Shown here: piece after piece, positions 48,148 through 57,325 of the stretch
Numbering within the stretch: the first letter of the stretch is position 1
How the letters are laid out: each line of letters starts with the position of its first letter
Source: a bacterium
Lineage (GTDB): Bacteria > Patescibacteriota > Patescibacteriia > Patescibacteriales > UBA12465
Reading direction: 5' to 3'
DNA length: 64,000 bases
Assembly (NCBI GenBank): GCA_035400585.1
Contig: DAOMZR010000001.1
Span: 370,643-434,642 of the forward strand
Notes under the pieces: model-generated
Told to the model about the DNA's origin: nothing
The model's database searches: none
What the model saw: the letters and a program-made list of their open reading frames with translations, nothing else
Translations under genes and position numbers: made by a program

Positions 48148-50373
48148 ATGACAGAAGAAAAAAAATTTTCTGGAGACTGGCTTGGTCGAGAACTAAGCTT
48201 TAGAACCGGCAAATTAGCCAAACAGGCCGATGCTTCGGTTTTGGTTCAATATGGCGAAACAGTAGTTATGGCCACGGTTGTTCAATCAAAAAACGAAAGA
48301 GATGGTATAGATTTCTTCCCTCTTATGGTTGAGTTTGAAGAAAAATTATACGCAGCTGGAATCATCAAAGGTTCTCGCTGGATCAAACGCGAAGGTCGTC
48401 CAACAGATCAATCGATTCTAACAGGCAGAATGATTGATCGCTCAATAAGACCTCTTTTTAATGATGAAGAAAGAAAAGACGTTCAACTTATAATTACAGT
48501 TTTATCAGTTGATGGGGAAAATGATTATGACATTGTATCTTTGATAGCTGCTTCAGCTGTTTTAAGAATTTCTGGAATAGATTGGAATGGACCAATTGGT
48601 GGAATTAGGGTTGGTTTAATTGATAATCAATTTGTTTTTAATCCTAGCTATGAACAACAAGGTATTAGTAATTTAGATTTAATTGTTGCTGGTACTAAGG
48701 AAAAAGTAATAATGATTGAAGCTGGTGCTCAAGAAATTAAAGAAGATTTAATGCTTGAAGCTATAAAACTAGGTCAAGAAAAACTACAGGGAGCAATTAA
48801 TTTAATAGAACAATTTAAAGCTCAAGTGACCGTAAAAGAAAGCGAGGAAACAAAAAAGATGATTAGTGAAGAGGAAATAAAAGAAAAAAACAGAAAGGAA
48901 GAATTACTAAATTTTGGGAAAACATGGCTTAAAGAAAATATCAAAAACATTCTTTTTGATAAAATCTATTACACCAAAAACGAAAGAAAACTAGCCGTCA
49001 GAAAAATAAAAGAAGGTTTAGACGAATATTTATTCACTCAAAACATCGGAAAATCAGATAGAGATTTTATAATCAAAAAACTAGTTGAAAAAATGGTAGA
49101 AGCTGAAGTAACTCGAGCAATTTTAGAGGAGAAAAAAAGAGTTGACGGCAGATCTTTAAACGAAATCAGGTCTTTATCATCTGAAGTTTCAATACTGCCA
49201 AGAAATCACGGCACAGGATTATTCACTCGTGGAGAAACACAGGTTTTATCAATAGTAACACTTGGATCACCAGGAATGGAACAATCACTAGAAAGCATTG
49301 AAGGTCAAAGCAAAAAAAGATATATGCACCACTACAACTTTCCTCCTTACAGCGTAGGAGAGGCTAGTCCACTTCGAGGAACTGGTCGAAGAGAAATTGG
49401 TCATGGTGCCTTAGCTGAAAAAGCCTTGATTCCAGTTCTACCAAATAAAGAAGAATTCCCTTACACAGTTAGAGTTGTCAGTGAAACCCTAGGATCAAAC
49501 GGATCATCTTCAATGGCTTCTACTTGTGGATCAAGCTTAGCCTTAATGGACGCTGGAGTGCCAATTAAAAGCCCAGTTGCTGGTATTGCCATGGGACTGG
49601 CCTCTAATGAAGATATGAGCAAATGGGAAATACTAACTGATATTCAAGACTTAGAAGATGGTAAAGGTGGTATGGATTTTAAAATAACCGGAACAAAAGA
49701 AGGATTAACAGCCATACAATTAGATACTAAAACTGATGGATTAACTGAAGAAATAATTAAAAAAACATTGTCTGATGGCAGAAAAGCTTTAAATCAGGTT
49801 CTAGAATCAATACAGGGCACACTAGTTGAAGCTAGAAAAGAGTTGTCGCCTTATGCTCCTAGAATAATCAGCTTTCGTGTTAACCCAGAAAAAATTGGAG
49901 CAATCATTGGTCCCGGTGGAAAGATTATTAATAAAATAATAGAAGAAACCGAAGTAACCATCGACATTGAAGATGATGGTTTGGTTATGATTTGCTCAAC
50001 CAATCAAGAAAACGGAAAAAGAGCCGAAAAAATGGTTAAAGATATTGTTAGAGAATTTGAAGTTGGAGAAATATTTACTGGAAAGGTAGTTAGATTAATG
50101 GACTTTGGGGCCTTTGTTGAATTAGCTGGTGGACAAGACGGAATGGTTCATGTCAGCGAATTAGCTCCCTATAGAATAGGGAAACCATCGGACTTCGTTA
50201 ATATCGGCGATATGGTAACTGTAAAGATAAAAGAAATTGATTCTCAAGGAAGAATAAATCTAACAATGAAAGGCTTGGCTGAAAATGAACCATTATGGAA
50301 AGATAAAAAGGGTGAATCTCAAGGAAATAATAATACTTTTCATAAAAAACCAAATTTTAGTAAAAAATACTAA
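48148..50373 (+). CDS. pnp: polynucleotide phosphorylase
   Basis: This 741-aa product has two RNase PH domains plus KH and S1 domains. It begins GRELSFRTGKLAKQADASVLVQYGETVVMATVV. Confidence 0.95.
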   Translation: MTEEKKFSGDWLGRELSFRTGKLAKQADASVLVQYGETVVMATVVQSKNERDGIDFFPLMVEFEEKLYAAGIIKGSRWIKREGRPTDQSILTGRMIDRSIRPLFNDEERKDVQLIITVLSVDGENDYDIVSLIAASAVLRISGIDWNGPIGGIRVGLIDNQFVFNPSYEQQGISNLDLIVAGTKEKVIMIEAGAQEIKEDLMLEAIKLGQEKLQGAINLIEQFKAQVTVKESEETKKMISEEEIKEKNRKEELLNFGKTWLKENIKNILFDKIYYTKNERKLAVRKIKEGLDEYLFTQNIGKSDRDFIIKKLVEKMVEAEVTRAILEEKKRVDGRSLNEIRSLSSEVSILPRNHGTGLFTRGETQVLSIVTLGSPGMEQSLESIEGQSKKRYMHHYNFPPYSVGEASPLRGTGRREIGHGALAEKALIPVLPNKEEFPYTVRVVSETLGSNGSSSMASTCGSSLALMDAGVPIKSPVAGIAMGLASNEDMSKWEILTDIQDLEDGKGGMDFKITGTKEGLTAIQLDTKTDGLTEEIIKKTLSDGRKALNQVLESIQGTLVEARKELSPYAPRIISFRVNPEKIGAIIGPGGKIINKIIEETEVTIDIEDDGLVMICSTNQENGKRAEKMVKDIVREFEVGEIFTGKVVRLMDFGAFVELAGGQDGMVHVSELAPYRIGKPSDFVNIGDMVTVKIKEIDSQGRINLTMKGLAENEPLWKDKKGESQGNNNTFHKKPNFSKKY

Positions 50374-50376
50374 ATA

Positions 50377-50405
50377 TTGACTTTTATCTATAATTAATAT
50401 AGTAT
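50377..50405 (+). promoter_or_regulatory. promoter TTGACT-17-TAGTAT upstream of rpsP
   Basis: TTGACT lies at 50377-50382 and TAGTAT at 50400-50405. Confidence 0.5.
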
Positions 50406-50442
50406 AAAGTATCTAATCTATAAGTAAAAAGAGAAGAAAAAT

Positions 50443-50865
50443 ATGTTAACGATCAAAATGGCCAAAGTTGGTAAAACAAACAAGAAGGTTTTCCGAATTG
50501 TTGTCTCTGAAAAAGCTAGAGACCCATATGGAAGAGCTTTAGAAATTCTTGGTTCTTACAACCCTTACAGCAAAAAACTAGACGTAAAAGCTGATAGAGT
50601 TAAACACTGGATTTCCAAAGGATCACAAATGACACCATCTATCAATAATTTATTTATTGATAACAAAGTTATTGATGGCGGAAAAATTAAAAATTCCAAA
50701 CCAGGAACACCAAATAAAAGAAAATTAGAAAAAGCTGAAAAGATTAAAGAAAAAGAGTTAGCAGCAGCTCAAGCAGCTGAAGAAGCTAAGAAAGCAGCTG
50801 AAGAAGCTAAAAACAATCCAGTAGAACAAACAGAAACTCCAAGCGAAGAAGTTAAGGCAGAATAA
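50443..50865 (+). CDS. rpsP: 30S ribosomal protein S16 with long charged C-terminal extension
   Basis: The core is MLTIKMAKVGKTNKKVFRIVVSEKARDPYGRALEILGSYNP. A K/E/A-rich tail of about 60 aa follows. Confidence 0.9.
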   Translation: MLTIKMAKVGKTNKKVFRIVVSEKARDPYGRALEILGSYNPYSKKLDVKADRVKHWISKGSQMTPSINNLFIDNKVIDGGKIKNSKPGTPNKRKLEKAEKIKEKELAAAQAAEEAKKAAEEAKNNPVEQTETPSEEVKAE

Positions 50866-50871
50866 TTTGGT

Positions 50872-50900
50872 TTGACTTTTTGTTAAAATACCTTTAAAAT
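50872..50900 (+). promoter_or_regulatory. promoter TTGACT-17-TAAAAT upstream of KH-domain gene
   Basis: TTGACT lies at 50872-50877 and TAAAAT at 50895-50900. Confidence 0.5.
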
Positions 50901-50988
50901 TTAAACAGCACCGTTTAGGTGGTTAAAAATTAAGAAAATTCTTATAAATTTGTGTGATGAAACAATTTATAGGGATAGATCGACAATT

Positions 50989-51303
50989 ATGTCGGAAAAT
51001 CAAGACAAGAAATTCTTAGAAACGATCATCACTTCTATTGTCAGCAAACCAGAAGCTGTATCAGTAGATAGAACAGTTGATGAAAGAGGAGTTCTTTTGA
51101 CCTTAAAAATTGATCCAAGCGATATGGGATTTGTTATCGGTCGCCGCGGACAAACAGCTCAAGCTATTAGAACTTTGCTGAAAGTTGTTGGTGCTAGAAA
51201 TAACTCTAGAGTAAATTTAAAGATTTACGATCCAAATAACGGAGCTAGACCAGAAAGAAGAGAGTCAATTGATACTTCAGCTATCGACGATTTAAAAATC
51301 TAG
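50989..51303 (+). CDS. KH-domain RNA-binding protein (YlqC/UPF0109-like)
   Basis: The KH GxxG motif occurs in VIGRRGQTAQAIRTLLKVV. The gene sits in the conserved position between rpsP and trmD. I prefer the ATG at 50989 (MSENQ) over the non-ATG track start at 50950. Confidence 0.8.
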   Translation: MSENQDKKFLETIITSIVSKPEAVSVDRTVDERGVLLTLKIDPSDMGFVIGRRGQTAQAIRTLLKVVGARNNSRVNLKIYDPNNGARPERRESIDTSAIDDLKI

Positions 51304-51327
51304 TTAATAAAAAACAAATTAGATAAA

Positions 51328-51360
51328 ACAAAAGACCATAAAATGGTCTTTTGTTTGTTT
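51328..51360 (+). terminator. rho-independent terminator
   Basis: An 11-bp stem ACAAAAGACCA (51328-51338) / TGGTCTTTTGT (51344-51354) is followed by a T-rich run. Confidence 0.7.
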
Positions 51361-51370
51361 ATAGAAAAAT

Positions 51371-52033
51371 ATGAAATTCAACATCATTACAATCTTCCCC
51401 CAAATCTTTTCTTCCTATTTTAACGAAGGAATGTTAAAAAGAGCTATTGATAGAAAAATAATAAAAATAAAAACACACGATTTACGAAACTTTACCAACG
51501 ACAAAAGAAAAACTGTCGATGATACTGTTTATGGTGGCGGCGCTGGAATGCTTTTAAAAATAGAGCCTCTGTATAAGGCTGTAAAAAAAATTGCTAAAAA
51601 GAAAAAAACGACTGGCCAAAAGATAATTCTACTATCAGCCAAGGGTAAGAAGTGGAATCAACAAATGGCCCAAAAATATTCAAAACTAAAATCAATAACT
51701 TTGATATGTGGAAGATATGAGGGCGTAGATGAAAGAATAAAAAATTTTATTGACGAAGAAATATCAATTGGAGATTATGTTCTAACTGGCGGTGAAATTG
51801 GAGCCATGGCTATAATCGACTCCGTCTCCAGATTACTACCCAAAGTATTGGGAAACAAGGAAAGCATAAAAGACGAATCTCATCAAAAAGAAGGGGTTTT
51901 AGAACATCCCCAATATACTAAACCAGCTATTTTTAAAATTGGAAAAAAAGAATACAAAGTACCAAAAGAATTATTATCAGGAAATCACAAACTAATAGAA
52001 AACTGGAAACTTGACAATAAATTAAAAAAGTAG
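51371..52033 (+). CDS. trmD: tRNA (guanine37-N1)-methyltransferase
   Basis: The motifs MKFNIITIFPQIF, YGGGAGMLL and GRYEGVDER are TrmD signatures. Confidence 0.93.
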   Translation: MKFNIITIFPQIFSSYFNEGMLKRAIDRKIIKIKTHDLRNFTNDKRKTVDDTVYGGGAGMLLKIEPLYKAVKKIAKKKKTTGQKIILLSAKGKKWNQQMAQKYSKLKSITLICGRYEGVDERIKNFIDEEISIGDYVLTGGEIGAMAIIDSVSRLLPKVLGNKESIKDESHQKEGVLEHPQYTKPAIFKIGKKEYKVPKELLSGNHKLIENWKLDNKLKK

Positions 52034-52088
52034 CAAAAAATTAAAACAAACCAGAAAAACACCTTTATTTAATGGGTGTTTTTTAGTA

Positions 52089-52117
52089 TTGACATTTTCT
52101 ATAATATATGATATAAT
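52089..52117 (+). promoter_or_regulatory. consensus promoter TTGACA-17-TATAAT
   Basis: TTGACA lies at 52089-52094 and TATAAT at 52112-52117. Confidence 0.7.
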
Positions 52118-52167
52118 TCTAGGTTATTAGGACATTAAAATTGTTTAATCTAAAATAAAAGAAAACC

Positions 52168-53400
52168 ATGAGAACAAAAGTCGTTTTTCTGTTTATGGCT
52201 GTAATCGGCCTGATGTTTTCCTCCTGTGAAAAGGAAGAATATTTTATGATGGTTTCAGAGGAAGATAATGAAAATCCATCAAACCAGATTTCTCTTAATT
52301 ACTCCCTAAAAGAGTCTCAAAAAAGCTCTAAGGCTGAAGGAACAAATTTGGTGAATGGACAGACCATTACTGGAAACATTGCTTATTATTTTTCATTTTG
52401 GTTGAACCCTAGCGAAGGTGTTGTTGCTAAAGGTATTTACACTATAACAAACACCAAAACCAGTGCTATTGTTTATGGACCTTCTGCCGCCGCTGAAAAC
52501 GGAATTGATTTTAAATTTCCAGAAGCCGCAAACTACAGTTTAAAAGTTGAGGGAAACTACAATGGACAAAATTTTCTATATGAAAATATAACCATTATTG
52601 TCACCCCTTCAGACACAACTACTGGCAACACTAGTTTGACATCACCCGTTAGATTGTATGATTTTTCTTTAAACGGAACCAATGCTATAGTTAAAATAGC
52701 AATCAGTAAAGCAGAATATCAATCATCATCTTCGGCAAACTGGTTTTATGTAAAGAGAACTAATGGACAAGGTTTCGTTGGCAATCAATCTTTAACCAGT
52801 GAAAACGACAGCGTTCGCTTTACTTTAACTTTCCCAGCAAACAGTAATGATTATATCGAATTTAATGTTGGGTATCATGATGGATCTAGTGGTGGAATGT
52901 GGTTAACCCCATCGATTGGACAAAATCCAAGCATCTTATGGTCGGGTAATCAAAATCTACCCTACACAAATTCTGGTTCCTTCTTCGGTTTTAGATTGCA
53001 TGTAATTTCGTCTACTCAAGCGGAACTCCGAAATTATGGTGGTACTACACTAATAACATTTAATAGTGCTAGCACGACTCAAATACCGGGCGAAGCAGGT
53101 GATGGACCTTCTACTCAATATACTGTTAGATGGAGTGGTTTTAAACATTTTTTTAAGACCAGTATTACTTCTCCGACTTTCAGATATAAAGTAGGAACAA
53201 ATGGTACATGGAATTTTTTAACAGTTTCAAACAACGCCAACCCTTCTTACAAAGAAATAACTTTTCCAGATCAAACAACTGGAGAAATACATTTTCAATG
53301 GGGAACGGGAACTGGAACAAGTTTTGTGCCAGCAACAAGCGAGATGGCTTACAGTATATACTGGAGCCCAAGCAATCAGTCCTTAGTAAAAAATATTTAG
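52168..53400 (+). CDS. putative lipoprotein / secreted protein, unknown function
   Basis: This is a 410-aa product. Its N-terminus MRTKVVFLFMAVIGLMFSSCEKEE has a signal peptide with a Cys at a lipobox-like position. The body is S/T/N-rich and looks beta-rich. Confidence 0.7.
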   Translation: MRTKVVFLFMAVIGLMFSSCEKEEYFMMVSEEDNENPSNQISLNYSLKESQKSSKAEGTNLVNGQTITGNIAYYFSFWLNPSEGVVAKGIYTITNTKTSAIVYGPSAAAENGIDFKFPEAANYSLKVEGNYNGQNFLYENITIIVTPSDTTTGNTSLTSPVRLYDFSLNGTNAIVKIAISKAEYQSSSSANWFYVKRTNGQGFVGNQSLTSENDSVRFTLTFPANSNDYIEFNVGYHDGSSGGMWLTPSIGQNPSILWSGNQNLPYTNSGSFFGFRLHVISSTQAELRNYGGTTLITFNSASTTQIPGEAGDGPSTQYTVRWSGFKHFFKTSITSPTFRYKVGTNGTWNFLTVSNNANPSYKEITFPDQTTGEIHFQWGTGTGTSFVPATSEMAYSIYWSPSNQSLVKNI

Positions 53401-53420
53401 GACATTAGAATAAGTAAAAC

Positions 53421-53457
53421 AAAAAAGCCTTCATTAATTTGAAGGCTTCTTTTTTTA
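53421..53457. terminator. bidirectional terminator between convergent genes
   Basis: A 9-bp stem AAGCCTTCA (53425-53433) / TGAAGGCTT (53440-53448) is flanked by an A-run and a T-run. Confidence 0.75.
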
Positions 53458-53469
53458 TAAAAATATTAA

Positions 53470-54528
53470 TTAAATTAAATAATAGCCATTGTTATTTTTT
53501 AGTATATTGCCCTCAACCATAAATCCGGCGGCCTTTTTGTGCCCTCCACCATTAAAATAGGAAGCTAAATGGGCAACGTCAATTTTCTCAACATTTTCTC
53601 CAGATCCAACCCTCAAACTTCCCTTTATTTTTCCCTTCTCTTCTTCTCTTAAAAGCAAAAATGTTTTAGCATCAGACAAACTACTCATAAAACCAATAAT
53701 ATCTCCAAAAACATCACTACTTAAATTGATAGCTGGTTCTTTAAAAAATATTAAATTTTCATAAGTCAGGACCGAAAAAGCAATATTATATTTTTTGTTT
53801 ATTTTTAAATTAGCTAAAGCCAGGCCCCATAATTTCATTTCCCAAAAGTTTTTATTGCGCCAAGTATTTTGAAGTAGTTTAGGAAACTGAGCGCCCAAGC
53901 TCATCATTTCTGAAGCTATTTTTAAAGTTTTATCACTAACTGAAGAATACAAAAAATTTCCAGTATCGGTTAACATTCCAGCTAGAATGCAATTAGCTAT
54001 ATCGCGATTTATTTCAATATTATTTTCTTTTAAAAAATAATATAAAAGCTCGGTGTTTGATGACAATTGAATTTTAATTTCAATATCAGCATAACTTTTA
54101 ACTTTTAAATGATGGTCAATTTCTATAACAAATGTGTCCAACATTAAATCTCTAATATTATAAATTTCCTCAGCAATAACTGTCCTGTCTATAGATCCGC
54201 AATCCAAGGTTACAATAACATCAAAAAATTTTAACCAATCGTTCCCAACTTCCAAGTTGTTGTTATATTTGGATTTAATTTTATTTATAAGACTTTCTTT
54301 ATTGGAAATGATATTTTCAAATCCAGGCAAAAAATAATAATCATCATTTTTTTTCTCAGCGAATGCCAAAAAGTCTTTATTTAAGTTTTTAAAAATTTCA
54401 ATAAAAACACCCAGAGAAGATAGAGCATCAACATCAGGATTAATATGAGACACTAAAAGAACCCTATCTGCCGAGAGGATTCTTTGCCAGGCTTTTTTAA
54501 AGTTTTTCTGATCAGTTTCGGAAAACAT
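53470..54528 (-). CDS. DHH-family phosphoesterase (NrnA-like)
   Basis: The motifs SHINPDVDALSS, DHH and GGGHKKAAG (DHHA1) are present. Confidence 0.8.
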   Translation of the reverse strand: MFSETDQKNFKKAWQRILSADRVLLVSHINPDVDALSSLGVFIEIFKNLNKDFLAFAEKKNDDYYFLPGFENIISNKESLINKIKSKYNNNLEVGNDWLKFFDVIVTLDCGSIDRTVIAEEIYNIRDLMLDTFVIEIDHHLKVKSYADIEIKIQLSSNTELLYYFLKENNIEINRDIANCILAGMLTDTGNFLYSSVSDKTLKIASEMMSLGAQFPKLLQNTWRNKNFWEMKLWGLALANLKINKKYNIAFSVLTYENLIFFKEPAINLSSDVFGDIIGFMSSLSDAKTFLLLREEEKGKIKGSLRVGSGENVEKIDVAHLASYFNGGGHKKAAGFMVEGNILKNNNGYYLI

Positions 54529-54532
54529 ATTT

Positions 54533-54874
54533 TTATTCTTTTTTTTCCCTCTCTATTTCATTAAAAGCTTCATCCAATTTTCCAGCGATTTTAAAACCAT
54601 CGTCAACTACCCAAAAAATCTTGGGAACTCTAACTAATCTAGCTTTTATTTTTAATAGTTTAGATAAGTGACCGGTTTTAGATCGAAGTCTTTTTAAGGC
54701 TGTGCCAAAAAAATTTTCTGGCAAAACAGAAATAAAAACTTTAGCTACAGACAAATCGGGCGAACACTTCACATCAGAAATGGTAATTAAAAAATTAGGC
54801 GACTCAATTTCACTTACTATTATTTCCGCTAGATAATGCTTTATTATCTCATTTAGTTGATTGGCTTTAGACAT
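54533..54874 (-). CDS. rbfA: ribosome-binding factor A
   Basis: This is a 113-aa RbfA-like product. It lies in the infB neighbourhood. Confidence 0.8.
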   Translation of the reverse strand: MSKANQLNEIIKHYLAEIIVSEIESPNFLITISDVKCSPDLSVAKVFISVLPENFFGTALKRLRSKTGHLSKLLKIKARLVRVPKIFWVVDDGFKIAGKLDEAFNEIEREKKE

Positions 54875-54935
54875 AAATTGTTATTAGATATTGTGAAATT
54901 ATAGCATTTTATAAGATTTTATTCAAGACAAACAA

Positions 54936-54966
54936 AAAACCCAAAAAAAATATTTGGGTTTTTTAT
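54936..54966 (-). terminator. terminator after BNR-repeat pilin gene
   Basis: The stem AAAACCCAAA (54936-54945) / TTTGGGTTTT (54954-54963) has U-tracts available on either strand. Confidence 0.65.
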
Positions 54967-54976
54967 AAAAGTTAAT

Positions 54977-57274
54977 TTACTTACACAACCAAACATTTCC
55001 ACCAAATACTACTGCATAAATTTTATTGCCATCCGAAGATAAGGCAACTGATCGCCAATTTCTTGTGCCAGCCAATGTTCTTTCTGTCCAGGTTACGCCA
55101 GAATCAGAAGAGGTATAAATATAACCACCATAAGCAACGGCGGCTAATTTTGTTCCATCAGAAGAGGAAGCGATAGAATTCCAACTTCTTGAGCCAGCGG
55201 AAGTTTGTTCTGTCCAAGTTGCACCAGAATCAGAAGAGATATAAATATAACCACTAGAAACAACCGCTGCTAATTTGGTGCCATCAGAAGAAGAGGCGAC
55301 AGAGGTCCAACTTCTTGATCCAGCGGAAGTTTGTTCTGTCCAAGTTGCACCAGAATCAGAAGAGGTATAAATATAACCACCAAAATTAACTACAGCTACT
55401 AGTTTTGTACCATCAGAAGAGGAAGCGATAGAATTCCAGCTCCTTGATCCAGCAGAAGTTTGTTCTGTCCAAGTAACTCCAGAATCAGAAGAGGTATAAA
55501 TATAACCAGTAGAAACAGTCGCTGCTAGTTTTGTGCCATCAGAAGAAGAGGCGACAGAGGTCCAACTCTTTGAACCAGCCGATGTTTGATTCCAAGTAAT
55601 GCCAGAGTCGGACGAAGTATAAACATGACCTCCCCCAACAACAGCAACCAGTTTGATGCCATCCCAAGAAGATGCAATCGAAAACCAACTAACTAAAGGG
55701 GAAATTTGACCAGTCAAAGTTTCACCAAAATCGGAAGAAGTATAAATATTACCAGCATTACCAACCACTGCAAAAACTTTTTCACCATCAGAAGAAGATG
55801 TGATTGAACGCCAATTTTTAGGACCAAGACCAGAATAATCTTTTTTTACCCAAGTAACACCAGAATCGACTGAAGTATAAATATAATCATTATAGGCAGC
55901 AGCGATTAATTTCGTACCATCGTAAGAAGAAACAATTGATTGCCAGCCCCTTGAACCGGCCGAGGTTCTTTCTGTCCAAGTTACCCCCGAATCAGATGAA
56001 GTATAAATATAACCGCTAATTTCTGAAGTTGCCATTAATTTTGTACCATCAGATGAAGAATAGATTGATGTCCAATATTTTGAACCAGCCGAGGTTCTTT
56101 CTGTCCAGTTTACGCCAGAATCAGAAGAGGTATAAATATAACCAGTATAGGCCACAGCCGCAAGCTTGACACCATCAGAAGAAGAAGATATTGATTTCCA
56201 ATATCTTGCCCCAGCCGAGGTTCTTTCTGTCCAAGTTACACCTGAATCAGATGAAGTATAAATATAACCAGTAGTTCCAGTTCCTGCTACAATCGTGCTA
56301 CAATCCGACGAACAAACGATAGAATACCAACTTCTAGCACCGGATGATGTTTGTTCTACCCAAGTTACACCAGAATCAGAAGAGGTATAAATATAACCAC
56401 CATAAGCAACGGCGGCTAATTTTGTTCCATCAGAAGAGGAAGCGATAGAATTCCAACTTCTTGAGCCAGCGGAAGTTTGTTCTGTCCAAGTTGCACCAGA
56501 ATCAGAAGAAGTATAAATATAACCGCTAGAAACAACCGCTGCTAATTTGGTGCCATCGGAAGAAGAGGAAATTGATCTCCAACTTCTTAAACCAGCCGAG
56601 GTTCTTTCTGCCCAGGTTGCGCCAGAGTCGGTTGAAGTATAAACATAACCGGAACTGACAAAAGCTAAAGCAGCTAATTTAGTTCCATCGGAAGAAGAAG
56701 AAATAACTCTCCAAGCCCTAGGTCCAGAAGCAACCACCTCGGTCCATTGTTTTTCAACACAAGAACCATCAACACAATTATAACCATATTCGCAGGCTGG
56801 ACTACAAACCGCCCCTCCTTCACTAGAAGTATCGCTAACGATTATTATTCCACCAGGAGTCATTTGTTTGACCCCATCTGGTAAATCAGAAACTTGCTTA
56901 CCGGTACAGAAATCTATAGTATAACTAGCTCCATTATCCCTAGGAATATAAACGTAAGTATTAGAAGAATTTGTACAACCACCATCAGCTGGTGTCGAAG
57001 CAGAAGGAATAGTTTGCATAAAAATTATTCCTTCGGTTGAAGAACCTATAAAACCCTGATTCCATTCTTCTTCTGTGGGATATCTACCATATTCGTTAGC
57101 AAATAGCTCCAAAGCAGTGTGAAGTTGCTTCATGTCAGCCATTCTTTTAGAATCTCTAGCGTTTTGTCTTGCTTGTTGCAAAGCAACAACAGCCAAAGTT
57201 GCTAAAATACCAATAATGGCAACAACTACCAATAATTCAACCAAGGTAAAAGCTTTTTTTCTTAGCTTAAACAT
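54977..57274 (-). CDS. type IV pilin-like protein, shared N-terminal module plus 14 BNR/Asp-box repeat blades
   Basis: The product begins [36 protein letters not shown]. It then has 14 units of about 42 aa, each with the pattern [21 protein letters not shown](A/V)TW. The SxDxGxTW element is the BNR/Asp-box. Confidence 0.88.
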   Translation of the reverse strand: MFKLRKKAFTLVELLVVVAIIGILATLAVVALQQARQNARDSKRMADMKQLHTALELFANEYGRYPTEEEWNQGFIGSSTEGIIFMQTIPSASTPADGGCTNSSNTYVYIPRDNGASYTIDFCTGKQVSDLPDGVKQMTPGGIIIVSDTSSEGGAVCSPACEYGYNCVDGSCVEKQWTEVVASGPRAWRVISSSSDGTKLAALAFVSSGYVYTSTDSGATWAERTSAGLRSWRSISSSSDGTKLAAVVSSGYIYTSSDSGATWTEQTSAGSRSWNSIASSSDGTKLAAVAYGGYIYTSSDSGVTWVEQTSSGARSWYSIVCSSDCSTIVAGTGTTGYIYTSSDSGVTWTERTSAGARYWKSISSSSDGVKLAAVAYTGYIYTSSDSGVNWTERTSAGSKYWTSIYSSSDGTKLMATSEISGYIYTSSDSGVTWTERTSAGSRGWQSIVSSYDGTKLIAAAYNDYIYTSVDSGVTWVKKDYSGLGPKNWRSITSSSDGEKVFAVVGNAGNIYTSSDFGETLTGQISPLVSWFSIASSWDGIKLVAVVGGGHVYTSSDSGITWNQTSAGSKSWTSVASSSDGTKLAATVSTGYIYTSSDSGVTWTEQTSAGSRSWNSIASSSDGTKLVAVVNFGGYIYTSSDSGATWTEQTSAGSRSWTSVASSSDGTKLAAVVSSGYIYISSDSGATWTEQTSAGSRSWNSIASSSDGTKLAAVAYGGYIYTSSDSGVTWTERTLAGTRNWRSVALSSDGNKIYAVVFGGNVWLCK
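55098..55237. repeat. 140-nt perfect intragenic direct repeat, copy A
   Basis: This copy is identical to 56370-56509 by manual comparison. The offset is 1272 nt, so it is in frame (424 codons). Similarity continues with a few mismatches for about 80 more nt. Confidence 0.85.
56370..56509. repeat. 140-nt perfect intragenic direct repeat, copy B
   Basis: See copy A. Confidence 0.85.
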
Positions 57275-57325
57275 AAAATTAAGTTTATTTATTAAAAAAT
57301 TATTATTAAAACAAAAACCAGTTTG

